A stretch of 60,496 bases of DNA from Candidatus Adlerbacteria bacterium RIFCSPLOWO2_01_FULL_51_16. GTDB lineage: Bacteria; Patescibacteriota; Minisyncoccia; Phycocordibacterales; SBAW01. Location: assembly GCA_001775485.1 (NCBI GenBank), contig MEWX01000014.1, forward strand, positions 29,479 through 89,974. The letters are read 5' to 3'. Below the pieces are notes generated by a model. It searched no databases. It was not told the DNA's origin and saw only the letters and a program-made list of their open reading frames with translations. Of this stretch, positions 7,907-16,456 are shown piece after piece (position 1 is the first letter of the stretch; the number at the start of each line of letters is the position of its first letter). A program made the position numbers and the translations under genes.

Positions 7907-8044
7907 ATGGATATCATCATTAATTTTTTGCAGATGGTGCTCGGGTTTTTGCTCCAGCTCATAACGCTTATCATCGGTTTCTTTATTTCCGTTCTCAACC
8001 TCATTTTGAACTTCGCTCGCGCTCTTGTCTCTACTGTTCTCTAA
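7907..8044 (+). CDS. Possible 45-aa hydrophobic peptide
   Basis: ATG-to-TAA ORF below the track cutoff (MDIIINFLQMVLGFLLQLITLIIGFFISVLNLILNFARALVSTVL). TATAAT at 7894-7899 lies just upstream. No homology evidence. Confidence 0.25.
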   Translation: MDIIINFLQMVLGFLLQLITLIIGFFISVLNLILNFARALVSTVL

Positions 8045-8088
8045 CCCCACGGTGGTAAGATTTACATATAGGATGCGTCAATAAAAAT

Positions 8089-8511
8089 ATGAAAACTACA
8101 TCCGTGGTCTTGATTTTTGTTGTAGCTGTGGCCGCTCTCGTGGGGGTGTGGCTGTTTTTGAGCGGCACTCCTGTGGGAGAAAGTTTTCTCCCCGCAAACC
8201 AAGGGGGAGAAAACCCGCCGAACTCCGCCGGGGGCGCCCCGCCGGGCTCTATACATAATCTTCCTCTGCCTCCCGCGGTTGCTGCCGCCAAGGCACGCGC
8301 CGCGGCGGATGCAAACACAACCGAAGACAAAATTTTTATTGAAACTGCCTACGAGCGCGAGTGGCCGGATGGCTGTTTGGGGCTTGCCGGTGCCGGCGAA
8401 TTTTGTACACAAGCTCTTGTCCCGGGCTGGGAGGTGACGGTTATGGTCGGCGGCGAGACCCGCGTCTACCGCACAAATATTGACGGCACAGTTATCCGCC
8501 GCGCTTCGTGA
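8089..8511 (+). CDS. Secreted/anchored hypothetical protein
   Basis: 140 aa. N-terminal TM segment, Pro/Ala/Gly-rich linker, Cys-containing C-terminal domain. Its stop overlaps the next ORF start. Confidence 0.5.
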   Translation: MKTTSVVLIFVVAVAALVGVWLFLSGTPVGESFLPANQGGENPPNSAGGAPPGSIHNLPLPPAVAAAKARAAADANTTEDKIFIETAYEREWPDGCLGLAGAGEFCTQALVPGWEVTVMVGGETRVYRTNIDGTVIRRAS

Positions 8512-9047
8512 AGATAATACTCACAATTGTTTCTGTAGTAGCGGCCGGTCTCCTCCTTTGGTTTTACGTGCCGCAGGTACGCGAGCTTGCGCCCACGCCA
8601 GGTGGAGGAGGCGGGCCTGTTGCATGCACGGCGGAGGCGATGCAGTGCCCCGACGGCAGCTGGGTCGGCCGCACGGGCCCCAATTGCGAGTTTGTCTGCC
8701 CGGGCGGCAATTCAGGCGGAGGGGGCATCTTGCCTTATAACTCCGGCATCCGCGGCACGGTCATGGTCGGCCCCACCTGCCCGGTTGAACGCATCCCGCC
8801 CGACCCAAACTGTGCCGACAAACCCCTTCAAACGCTTGTTGCAATCTACCGCCCGACCGACCTCGTACACGCGATTGTGCTCATGCAAAGCGACGCGAAG
8901 GGCACGTTTGAGGTGTCGCTCCCGCCGGGGGAGTATGCGGTCGGGGCGGGGGAAAGTACCCCCCCGAACTGCCCCTTCACAGAGGTTGTGGTAGGGCCCG
9001 ACGCCTACACCTCAATTGTCATCTCCTGCGACTCTGGCATCCGCTAG
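8508..9047 (+). CDS. Secreted/anchored Cys-rich protein with a carboxypeptidase-regulatory-like beta domain
   Basis: 179 aa. N-terminal TM segment, CTAEAMQCPDGSWVGRTGPNCEFVCPG module, then GTVMVGPTCP...DAKGTFEVSLPPGEYAV. Confidence 0.5.
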   Translation: MKIILTIVSVVAAGLLLWFYVPQVRELAPTPGGGGGPVACTAEAMQCPDGSWVGRTGPNCEFVCPGGNSGGGGILPYNSGIRGTVMVGPTCPVERIPPDPNCADKPLQTLVAIYRPTDLVHAIVLMQSDAKGTFEVSLPPGEYAVGAGESTPPNCPFTEVVVGPDAYTSIVISCDSGIR

Positions 9048-9074
9048 TCGGGGGAAGGGTATACACTGGAGTGT

Positions 9075-9365
9075 ATGTATATGAACCAATGGGGAGGGAA
9101 TGAGACGTGGTTTATTAATATGCCGTATTGGGTTCCGGGAGTTTTGGCCTTGCTCGCACCACTGATTTTGCTTTTTGTGTTGTGGTCGCTTGTGTGGAAG
9201 GGCTTGGCTCTGTGGCACTCGGCACGGCGCGGGCAATATTGGTGGTTTGTTATCCTACTTGTCGTCAATACGCTCGGAATATTGGAGATCGTATACCTCT
9301 TCGGAGTTGCGAAGCTCCATATCCGCGACCTCTTCTCCAAAAACTCTCACCCGCACCAGCACTAG
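9075..9365 (+). CDS. DUF5652-like small membrane protein
   Basis: 96 aa. LWSLVWKGLALWHSARRGQYWWFVILLVVNTLGILEIVYLF is the pattern typical of DUF5652 proteins in CPR genomes. Confidence 0.6.
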   Translation: MYMNQWGGNETWFINMPYWVPGVLALLAPLILLFVLWSLVWKGLALWHSARRGQYWWFVILLVVNTLGILEIVYLFGVAKLHIRDLFSKNSHPHQH

Positions 9366-9683
9366 TTAGATATTGAAGTGTTTTCCGAATTGTCCGACCA
9401 AGGGCAGCGGCGCCTCTTTGCCTTGCACGACATTGATGATGCCGAGTACCGCGAGAATGAAGATACCGAGGTTTATGAGTTGGTAGAACATCCAAAACTG
9501 CCACATGGTCATGCTCACTACCCACACAATGGCGCTTATTACCAAAAGCACCAAACCCTGCTTAATGTGGTATTTAACAAACGGGTCGTCCTTAGCGACG
9601 AGAAAGGAAATAATAACCAGCGGCCCCAAATAGCACAGCACCCCCATGAGTGTATTTTTCTGCCCGGTGTGTTGTTCGGGCAT
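9366..9683 (-). CDS. DUF4870-like membrane protein
   Basis: 105 aa. MGVLCYLGPLVIISFLVAKDDPFVKYHIKQGLVLL pattern, 3 TM segments. Confidence 0.65.
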   Translation of the reverse strand: MPEQHTGQKNTLMGVLCYLGPLVIISFLVAKDDPFVKYHIKQGLVLLVISAIVWVVSMTMWQFWMFYQLINLGIFILAVLGIINVVQGKEAPLPLVGQFGKHFNI

Positions 9684-9684
9684 G

Positions 9685-9849
9685 TTAGTAGGTGGGGCTC
9701 GTGTCGCCTACGTTTATTTGGATACCGGAAGCATCTTCTTGCGGCATGCCGGGGCCATATGTTTTGTACCACCAGATGCCACCTCCAACCAAAAGTACAA
9801 GCACGATGACGATAAGAATAGTGTTCACATTGCTGCTACCCATATACAT
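9685..9849 (-). CDS. Possible 54-aa single-TM protein
   Basis: ATG ORF below the track cutoff (MYMGSSNVNTILIVIVLVLLVGGGIWWYKTYGPGMPQEDASGIQINVGDTSPTY). Its stop lies 1 nt before the start of the downstream DUF4870 gene. Confidence 0.35.
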   Translation of the reverse strand: MYMGSSNVNTILIVIVLVLLVGGGIWWYKTYGPGMPQEDASGIQINVGDTSPTY

Positions 9850-9953
9850 TAAAAATTAGCTGCTAATATTCTCCCCTAAGTATACCCCCAACTGTTAATT
9901 AAATCACTTCAATCAAACTCTTGAGAAAAAAGCTAGTCATGTTTCAGAGACTT

Positions 9954-10844
9954 TCAATCCGGAAAGTTTACCGCATCTAGGATTTGGGACAAGAGCCCTT
10001 CTTGTTCCACAGAAAGTTGGTATTTAAGACTTATATTCAGGTCCGATACCCCATTACCATCAAGGTCGTAGGAGATTGGGCCGACTTCCGTAGTTTTCTT
10101 TATCGGCAGAGTTATCACAGTATCTGTTGTAAAAGGGATAGAAATAGGTCCTGTCACAGCACATTTGTTACCCTCACCTCTTATTTCTAAGTAGATTATT
10201 CCATAGCCCTTCCCCTTCACGACAAGTTTTCCATCTAGTAACTTGTCAAGAGAAAAAATTAGTACCCCATTGGATTCTGTGCGCTGCCAATAGTCAGAAC
10301 TCTCGGTTGTTAAAAAATTGACTTCAATTTTTTGTATTGAATCTTTGCCGTCAGTTTTTATACCGAACCATAGCCCTACCGCGGAAAGAGAAACATCTTT
10401 TCCATCAAGTTTGTCCTCAATAAATTTATCAAAAGTCTCCTCTGAAACATTCGTTCCTTCTATACACACTGTTCCTTCTGGCGTGGGTCGTTCAATATAT
10501 CCTGGCTTCGCTGCACGAAGCCGATCGAGAAGCTCCCCTAAAGTTTGGTCAATAGAAACCGATAAAGCTGGTGAAGGTGGATTTTGTGGGTTTGTTACAA
10601 TAGTTCCTGCAGATTCCTGTGGAAAAGTAGTAGGAACGTTTTGAGCAGGGTTTGAGAAGGGTAGATTAGGAAGATTTGAATCAGACAATCCTTGAGCGGT
10701 TGTGGCTACAGTTTCAGTAGTTACCGACGGAGGAGTGACGTCTTGAGTAGGCGCCACCCCACTGGCCATTGTGCCAATAGCAACAAAAAAGCCAATAATC
10801 ACTGTTACTGTCTTTGTAAAGATAGCGCTTACAAAATCAAACAT
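9954..10844 (-). CDS. Membrane-anchored secreted hypothetical protein
   Basis: 296 aa. N-terminal TM segment, Thr/Pro-rich linker, beta-rich C-terminal part. AT-rich relative to core genes. Confidence 0.5.
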   Translation of the reverse strand: MFDFVSAIFTKTVTVIIGFFVAIGTMASGVAPTQDVTPPSVTTETVATTAQGLSDSNLPNLPFSNPAQNVPTTFPQESAGTIVTNPQNPPSPALSVSIDQTLGELLDRLRAAKPGYIERPTPEGTVCIEGTNVSEETFDKFIEDKLDGKDVSLSAVGLWFGIKTDGKDSIQKIEVNFLTTESSDYWQRTESNGVLIFSLDKLLDGKLVVKGKGYGIIYLEIRGEGNKCAVTGPISIPFTTDTVITLPIKKTTEVGPISYDLDGNGVSDLNISLKYQLSVEQEGLLSQILDAVNFPD

Positions 10845-10876
10845 GTTATTAAAGAGTCCAATCTTTTTGACTTCTT

Positions 10877-11257
10877 TTAAGGATTAGTTCCCGGAATGTA
10901 TTTTTTGGTGAACTTTCTAACCAAGAGCCCGATAGCAACAGGCGTAAAAATATAGATTACGAGAATTAACCACATCCCGATTTCTTGCGAGGAGATTGTG
11001 AGCCAAAGGAGAGGAAGGCAAATTAGGATAGCCCACAGAAACCACCATCTACTACCAAAAGTTGAGAGCACTAGCGTGGCGAGGATAGGGATACCGAATA
11101 TTACTCCAACCGCTTGGCGCGCATCAACCCAATGGCCTCCACCACCGGAGAGGCTATCGAGAAACTTTCCAATTTCATATGAAAAGTACCACCCCAAAAA
11201 GATGGTTAATACTACCAAGCCTAAATTCCATCCCTGTGCAATAAAGACATCTTTCAT
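10877..11257 (-). CDS. Integral membrane protein (4 TM segments)
   Basis: 126-aa strongly hydrophobic ORF in the same AT-rich cluster. Confidence 0.5.
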   Translation of the reverse strand: MKDVFIAQGWNLGLVVLTIFLGWYFSYEIGKFLDSLSGGGGHWVDARQAVGVIFGIPILATLVLSTFGSRWWFLWAILICLPLLWLTISSQEIGMWLILVIYIFTPVAIGLLVRKFTKKYIPGTNP

Positions 11258-11281
11258 TTAAGAGTCATTTTACCATCCCTT

Positions 11282-13615
11282 CTAGCGCAAGCCGATATAA
11301 GTCCACTGGGTAGTACCGTCGTCTAATTTGACGAATATCTTGTACCAGTAGCCCGCCTTCACCCCCTTTGTGCTCCAGTTGTAGATGTATTGCTGTGTCG
11401 TTGAGTCCCACGTGAAGGAGCTACCGGTTGTCGCCGGGTCAGAATAGACCGTCTCGTCCACTGAGGCGTTCATAGCGGCTCCTTTTTGTGGCTCAAGCCA
11501 TTGTGGCGCGGATGCCGCCTGGATTACTGTCCCATCAGCCCTTTTGAGCTGGAGTTTGATCGGGGCCGTACTCCCACCCTTAAACACGCTAGTGTTTGCA
11601 GTTATTTTATGCGCGGTGTCATTGATCGGCTGGAGGAAGCCGTCCCAGCGATAAAGTATGTTGAGCGCTCGATTTGCGGTTGAGAGGGTAAAAGTACTTT
11701 CAATGATTTGCTCGGGGGCTGTGATGCCGCTTGTCTCTGCTTCTACATCACCTTGTGTGTCGATGTAATCAGCAACGATGGTGTACTCGCCGCCGTTTCC
11801 CGTACCTATGGTTTTGACTCTGTACTCGCCGGGGAGGGGGTTCACTATGACCGCGTACTCGTTGTCGGTGAGGAAGCCGGAGTAAAAAGCATCGGGTATT
11901 TCATCAAACTCTTGGTTTGTTAAAAAATCTTTCCCCAGCCGCTTCCCATCTGGGGCAATTATCTGCATGTCAATGGGGGAATGAAGAATCACCCACAACA
12001 AAGGCAAATCTGTTTGTATCCCATTACTGACGATAGTTTCAGGTTCTTGGCCAGTTAAAATCTCATAAACTGGTCTCGCAGCTGAGGAGGGTAGCGTTAC
12101 GTGATCTACATTAATCGTTTGATATTCTGGGGCAACTGATACGGAACTTAGGAACGGTACTGTCCCGTCACCATCTCCTCGCAAAATTCCCCCATTGGTT
12201 GGTTTGCCATGCTCCCATTTGGGTAATTCGTCTGAAGGCACAATGGTGTAGCCGGTGATAGTGTTGCCTTCAACAGAGCCAATAATATTTTCAACTTGCA
12301 CTCGCTGTGTAAGGAGGTTTACAGAGCCGCGCAGATCCTCAAGAAAGACATTGCGCGGATAATTATCTGGATACTCGCGTAGATTCCGCCCATCAAAAAT
12401 ATAATCGTAAATAGGTAAAAGTTCCTGGACGGAAATTATAGGCCTAATACGAACATACGAAAACACATCCGAATATCCATTTTTTCTTGCTTCGCTCTTG
12501 AATATTAGATTAAACAATTGGCCTCCAAGCTCTAAAGGGTTGTTGGTATATTGTCCCGCTTCCCACATCAGATACGTTTTTGGAGCGCCGAGGTGGGGTG
12601 TGCCGAGAAAGACCATTTGATCGACGTCGTTTTCATAAGAATCCGATTGAATATATTGTCGCGCGGCCAGCCCACCCATCGAGTGTGCTACAAGATCTAT
12701 TTTTTGGCAGTCACAAATCTCTTGCACCTCGTTTATCTTTTCCTGCAGCAAAACAGCTGTCTCTACGTTTGACTCGCGCCAGTTATAAGGAAAGGTAAAT
12801 AAGTCCTGTTCCTCTACATATCCGTTGGCCGCGAGAGTGTCTATGAGGTCGTTGTAAACACCGAACACGGGGTCTATCAACCAAACGCCGTTTTTTTCCC
12901 ATGAGCCGAGGATGCCCGGGATAATAATTACAGGGTCTAGAGTCGCGGGAGGGGAGTAGGTGTTGGTGATGGTGCAGGTAACTACCTCGGCAAGGACGAG
13001 ATTAATAGTATTTCCTATCTGGTGGCCGAAGTCACAATCCCACGAACCGGGAGTGTAATTTGAAGGGCCGCTTTCAGTAAGTGTGTAAATCACATCGGCT
13101 TTGACGTTATGAAAAGCGTCTGAACCTCCTGTGTCAGTAAAACTTCCATTTCCTGCTGCCGTAAGCTGCCAGTCGCTTGGTTGTGCGGTGCCGCCGTTTA
13201 CAATTTTTACTAATTTAAGTGTTGGAGCTATGTCATCGTTCACAGCAGTACAAGTAACCTGTTCGCCATCCATGATCCGGACCGAATCGACTCCTTCCGG
13301 TTGACTGTTGCCGGCACAATTCCATCTGGATTCATATCCGGATGGAACAGAATCAAGATCTTCCCAAAGATCATACAAACCGGGTGGAACAACTTGTGTG
13401 GTGGTGGAACCATCGGTCCAAACGAGAGTCTGGGTATCGGGGTTATAGGCTTGGATATACCCGGGTGAGCCGGTGTATGTGCCCCCGCCGTCATTTATAA
13501 CTTGCTTTGCAAGTGTGAGGTTCGTGTCGGCAGCAAAAGCTTGCGGCGCACCAAAAGAGCAAAATAGGCCGAATAACAGGGCTCCCGAGAAGAGAAAATG
13601 CCTTCCGTAACGCAT
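11282..13615 (-). CDS. Secreted alpha/beta-hydrolase lipase/esterase (LCAT/PGAP1-like) with N-terminal prealbumin-like domains and a C-terminal beta domain
   Basis: Nucleophile elbow LVAHSMGGLAARQY (GxSxG). Signal peptide MRYGRHFLFSGALLFGLFCSFGAPQAFA starts at the ATG at 13615 (the track's GTG at 13657 is less likely). Repeated ...SGYES/W.C.. cell-surface-type domains. Confidence 0.7.
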   Translation of the reverse strand: MRYGRHFLFSGALLFGLFCSFGAPQAFAADTNLTLAKQVINDGGGTYTGSPGYIQAYNPDTQTLVWTDGSTTTQVVPPGLYDLWEDLDSVPSGYESRWNCAGNSQPEGVDSVRIMDGEQVTCTAVNDDIAPTLKLVKIVNGGTAQPSDWQLTAAGNGSFTDTGGSDAFHNVKADVIYTLTESGPSNYTPGSWDCDFGHQIGNTINLVLAEVVTCTITNTYSPPATLDPVIIIPGILGSWEKNGVWLIDPVFGVYNDLIDTLAANGYVEEQDLFTFPYNWRESNVETAVLLQEKINEVQEICDCQKIDLVAHSMGGLAARQYIQSDSYENDVDQMVFLGTPHLGAPKTYLMWEAGQYTNNPLELGGQLFNLIFKSEARKNGYSDVFSYVRIRPIISVQELLPIYDYIFDGRNLREYPDNYPRNVFLEDLRGSVNLLTQRVQVENIIGSVEGNTITGYTIVPSDELPKWEHGKPTNGGILRGDGDGTVPFLSSVSVAPEYQTINVDHVTLPSSAARPVYEILTGQEPETIVSNGIQTDLPLLWVILHSPIDMQIIAPDGKRLGKDFLTNQEFDEIPDAFYSGFLTDNEYAVIVNPLPGEYRVKTIGTGNGGEYTIVADYIDTQGDVEAETSGITAPEQIIESTFTLSTANRALNILYRWDGFLQPINDTAHKITANTSVFKGGSTAPIKLQLKRADGTVIQAASAPQWLEPQKGAAMNASVDETVYSDPATTGSSFTWDSTTQQYIYNWSTKGVKAGYWYKIFVKLDDGTTQWTYIGLR

Positions 13616-13685
13616 GGTTCGGTACTCTACACAAACCGAAATCCCCGTGCAAGTCACCAGGCTCCGTTACCCCTCCGCTCTTACT

Positions 13686-13715
13686 ATTCTAGTTTTTTGC
13701 AAAAAACTAGAATAG
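13686..13715. promoter_or_regulatory. 30-bp palindromic element, copy E (candidate ArsR operator, abutting a TATACT -10-like hexamer)
   Basis: attctagttttttgcaaaaaactagaatag. The first 28 nt are a perfect palindrome. It is followed by taaTATACTgcctatATG (start of ArsR paralog 2). Confidence 0.6.
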
Positions 13716-13730
13716 TAATATACTGCCTAT

Positions 13731-14009
13731 ATGCAAAAGGGAAGTGAGTATCGGCGGCTTGAGCGAGTGATCAAGGGTTTTGCCAACCATCGACGCTTAC
13801 AAATCCTTGATTTACTCAAACGTGAACCAGAACTGTCGATTGAGGATATTTCGGCGCGTCTGAAGATAGGGTACATGAATGCTTCCGACCATTTACGCAA
13901 AATGGCAATAGCTGGCCTCGTTCTCAAACGTAATGAAGGAGTTACTGTGCGGCATAAACTTTCACCCCGCGCCGAATCTATTCTAGTTTTTTGCAAAAAA
14001 CTAGAATAG
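13731..14009 (+). CDS. ArsR/SmtB-family winged-helix transcriptional regulator (paralog 2)
   Basis: 92 aa, roughly three quarters identical by eye to the 5366-5641 product. Same HRRLQILDLLKREPELS core. The C-terminal ILVFCKKLE plus TAG is encoded by palindromic element copy F. Confidence 0.8.
   Translation: MQKGSEYRRLERVIKGFANHRRLQILDLLKREPELSIEDISARLKIGYMNASDHLRKMAIAGLVLKRNEGVTVRHKLSPRAESILVFCKKLE
13980..14009. repeat. 30-bp palindromic element, copy F (inside the 3' end of ArsR paralog 2; 30/30 identical to copy E)
   Basis: attctagttttttgcaaaaaactagaatag. Confidence 0.9.
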
Positions 14010-14031
14010 ATTGGTGTGGTAATGTGGATAT

Positions 14032-14427
14032 ATGGAAGGGTATGTGGTGGATATTGAAAAGGCGACTCTTGAGAACGAAAATTTCCGGACAGTGCTCTAC
14101 ACCGGAAAATTCAGCCAGCTCGTCGTGATGAGTATCCCACCCGGCGGCAATATTGGAGAGGAGGTGCACACACTCGACCAATTTTTGCGCTGCGAGGCGG
14201 GGGAGGGGAAGGCGATTTTAGACGGAGTCGAACATGTAATGGGCGTCGGCTCCGCGGTTGTCGTGCCTGCGGGTGCGCGGCACAATCTTCTGAACACCTC
14301 TCCCGATAAACCCCTTAAGCTCTACACCGTATACTCGCCGCCAAACCATCGCGATGGGGTGGTGCATAACACAAAAGCACAGGCAGAGACGGACGAGGAG
14401 CATTTTGACGGCAAAACAAGTGAATAA
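14032..14427 (+). CDS. Cupin-domain protein
   Basis: 131 aa. GGNIGEEVHTLDQFLRCEAGEGKAILDG...VVVPAGARHNLLNTS fits the two cupin motifs. Confidence 0.7.
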   Translation: MEGYVVDIEKATLENENFRTVLYTGKFSQLVVMSIPPGGNIGEEVHTLDQFLRCEAGEGKAILDGVEHVMGVGSAVVVPAGARHNLLNTSPDKPLKLYTVYSPPNHRDGVVHNTKAQAETDEEHFDGKTSE

Positions 14428-14465
14428 CTCTTATTTGAAAAGCGGGAGTGTCGTATACTTTAGGT

Positions 14466-14636
14466 ATGGCTAAAAATGCGGCAAAAGGGAAGGGGCGCAA
14501 GGGCGAAGTGAATAAACGCTCGCAGGTCTTGTCTCCGCGCAACAAGCGCTGGACAAAAGTCGACAACAAAACAGGTCGCTTTATAGATCAGATGAAGCGA
14601 AAAGGAAAAACGTTTAAGGGAGTGCGGATGAAATAA
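14466..14636 (+). CDS. Small highly basic protein
   Basis: MAKNAAKGKGRKGEVNKRSQVLSPRNKRW... Its stop overlaps the msrB ATG (TAATG at 14634-14638). An alternative GTG start lies at 14448. Confidence 0.4.
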   Translation: MAKNAAKGKGRKGEVNKRSQVLSPRNKRWTKVDNKTGRFIDQMKRKGKTFKGVRMK

Positions 14637-15034
14637 TGGCCGGACCTGAAATGTTCAAGACAGAGGCGCAATGGCGCGAGGAGCTCACTCCGGAGCAGTA
14701 TGCCGTGTTGCGCGAGCGGGGGACCGAAGCGCCTTTTTCCGGAAAATTGTTGAAAGAGAAGCGCGACGGCATGTATCGTTGTCGTGCGTGCGGCAAAGCA
14801 CTCTTCCCTTCGAACACAAAATTTGATTCCGGCACCGGCTGGCCTTCTTTTGATGACGCACTTCCCGGCGCTGTTACACTTGTAGAAGACGATTCTCACG
14901 GAATGCGTCGCACCGAAGTCGCGTGTGCAAACTGCGGCTCACACTTGGGGCACCTGTTTGACGATGGTCCTACAGAAACCGGCAAACGCTACTGCATCAA
15001 TTCGGTGTGTCTTCTGCTTGAGGCGCGGCCGTAA
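14636..15034 (+). CDS. msrB: Peptide-methionine (R)-S-oxide reductase MsrB
   Basis: 132 aa. Zinc CxxC pairs (RCRACGKALF, CANCGSHLGHLFDDGP) and the GWPSF motif. Confidence 0.9.
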   Translation: MAGPEMFKTEAQWREELTPEQYAVLRERGTEAPFSGKLLKEKRDGMYRCRACGKALFPSNTKFDSGTGWPSFDDALPGAVTLVEDDSHGMRRTEVACANCGSHLGHLFDDGPTETGKRYCINSVCLLLEARP

Positions 15035-15107
15035 GTTGATAACCGATTCTCCGTCTTAATACCTGGTGTATAATTATCAATACGTAAGGGTACGTAAAAA
15101 AATATTT

Positions 15108-15842
15108 ATGACAAAAATAATAAAATGGATAGTGGTTGGGGGGCTTATGTTTCCCGCACTGGTGCTCGCACAAGGAATTTCTACCACAACACGGCCGGGC
15201 CCCCAGATTAAAGACGCGGCACACACGCGGGTGGAAGCGTGGCGAGGGGCAATGCAGCAGAAGTTTGCTTCAACAAGCGAGGAGCTTAGGGCTAAGCGCC
15301 AAGAGCTTCAAGGCGCTTTTGCCGAGCGGCGCGAGGCAATCATTATGGATATGAAGACGAAGCGCGATGAGTTTCTTGCGCTTCTGAAACAAAAGGTCGC
15401 CTCTACGAGCGAAGCAATAAAAGAAAAGAAAGAGGCGCTCAAAGAGGAAGCACAACAGCGCCGGGCGGACATTATTGAGCGCTACTACACAAGGGTGGGA
15501 GCAATGTTTGAGACCCGTATCGACCGCCTCGCGCGCATAGCCGACCGTCTTGCGGAACGCATAGTAAAGATTGAGGAAGAGCACGACGTTGATCTCTCCA
15601 GTGCCTCTGCTTTTCTTGAGGACGCGCAAGCTCTTTTGGACACCGCAACACAAAAAGCAGAGGAGTTCTCCGACAAAGCGGATGACGTGGTAGACCCGAC
15701 AGCAACGCAGGAAGCTATTGCAGAGATGAAAGCTCTGCGGCAGGAAGTATGGGACGCGATTAAAGCGGCGCACCAAAAACTTGTTGAAGCGATCGCGGCT
15801 GTTAAGGCGGGGCTTGGAGAAGAAGACAGCCACGAGGACTAA
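15108..15842 (+). CDS. Secreted coiled-coil (apolipoprotein-like) protein
   Basis: Signal peptide MTKIIKWIVVGGLMFPALVLAQG, then a long Glu/Lys/Ala/Arg-rich helical repeat region. The ATG at 15108 is preferred over the track start at 15066. Confidence 0.5.
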   Translation: MTKIIKWIVVGGLMFPALVLAQGISTTTRPGPQIKDAAHTRVEAWRGAMQQKFASTSEELRAKRQELQGAFAERREAIIMDMKTKRDEFLALLKQKVASTSEAIKEKKEALKEEAQQRRADIIERYYTRVGAMFETRIDRLARIADRLAERIVKIEEEHDVDLSSASAFLEDAQALLDTATQKAEEFSDKADDVVDPTATQEAIAEMKALRQEVWDAIKAAHQKLVEAIAAVKAGLGEEDSHED

Positions 15843-15853
15843 TTGAAAACAGT

Positions 15854-16144
15854 ATGGAACAACAAAACAACATGAGTGCAGGAGTTCCGGTGGGCGAAAC
15901 TAGAGCCATGCCTCCTGCTCCGCAGCACTCAAACACCTCTTTGATAGTTGTCTCTATCGCGCTGGTTATTACGCTTCTGGTACTTGGGTACTTTGTTTGG
16001 ATGAGCGGCGTTTGGCAAAGCCTTATGCCCTCGGCTGCCGACGTTGCTCCTGCACAGAGCGAAACATCTGATCTTGAGGCGGATCTTCAAGGTGTTGATG
16101 TTGGAGGTGACGCTGAAGTAGATGCGCTCGAGGCACAGCTATAA
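15854..16144 (+). CDS. Single-TM hypothetical protein
   Basis: 96 aa, one TM segment (SLIVVSIALVITLLVLGYFVWM), acidic C-terminus. Confidence 0.45.
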   Translation: MEQQNNMSAGVPVGETRAMPPAPQHSNTSLIVVSIALVITLLVLGYFVWMSGVWQSLMPSAADVAPAQSETSDLEADLQGVDVGGDAEVDALEAQL

Positions 16145-16155
16145 AAAAGCGATAC

Positions 16156-16341
16156 ATGGATGAACAGCTCCAGCGCATCGAACAAAAAGTAGATGCGCTG
16201 TACGCATCGTCTGAAAAGATGCGGAAATATTTCCTTTGGACGCTTATTATTACCGCTGCGGTTATCTTCATACCACTTCTTATACTGCCGATGGTTATTC
16301 CGTTTTTTCTCTCTTCGCTCGTCCTGCCTCCCGGGTTTTAG
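16156..16341 (+). CDS. Small membrane protein
   Basis: 61 aa. N-terminal helical part, then two hydrophobic segments. Confidence 0.4.
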   Translation: MDEQLQRIEQKVDALYASSEKMRKYFLWTLIITAAVIFIPLLILPMVIPFFLSSLVLPPGF

Positions 16342-16456
16342 ATACCCTATACACCCCCTTGCTTGAATGTTTAAAGGGGGCGTGATACGGTGCTTCTTAG
16401 AAAAGCTCTCGTTCCCTGCGCTTGGGCGATTATTTCCTAATAAACCGTTATTCACT

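Noticed and set aside
13616-13657. GTG-initiated 14-codon extension of the lipase ORF
   Set aside because: A classical signal peptide starts at the internal ATG at 13615. The extension (MTCTGISVCVEYRT) would bury it.
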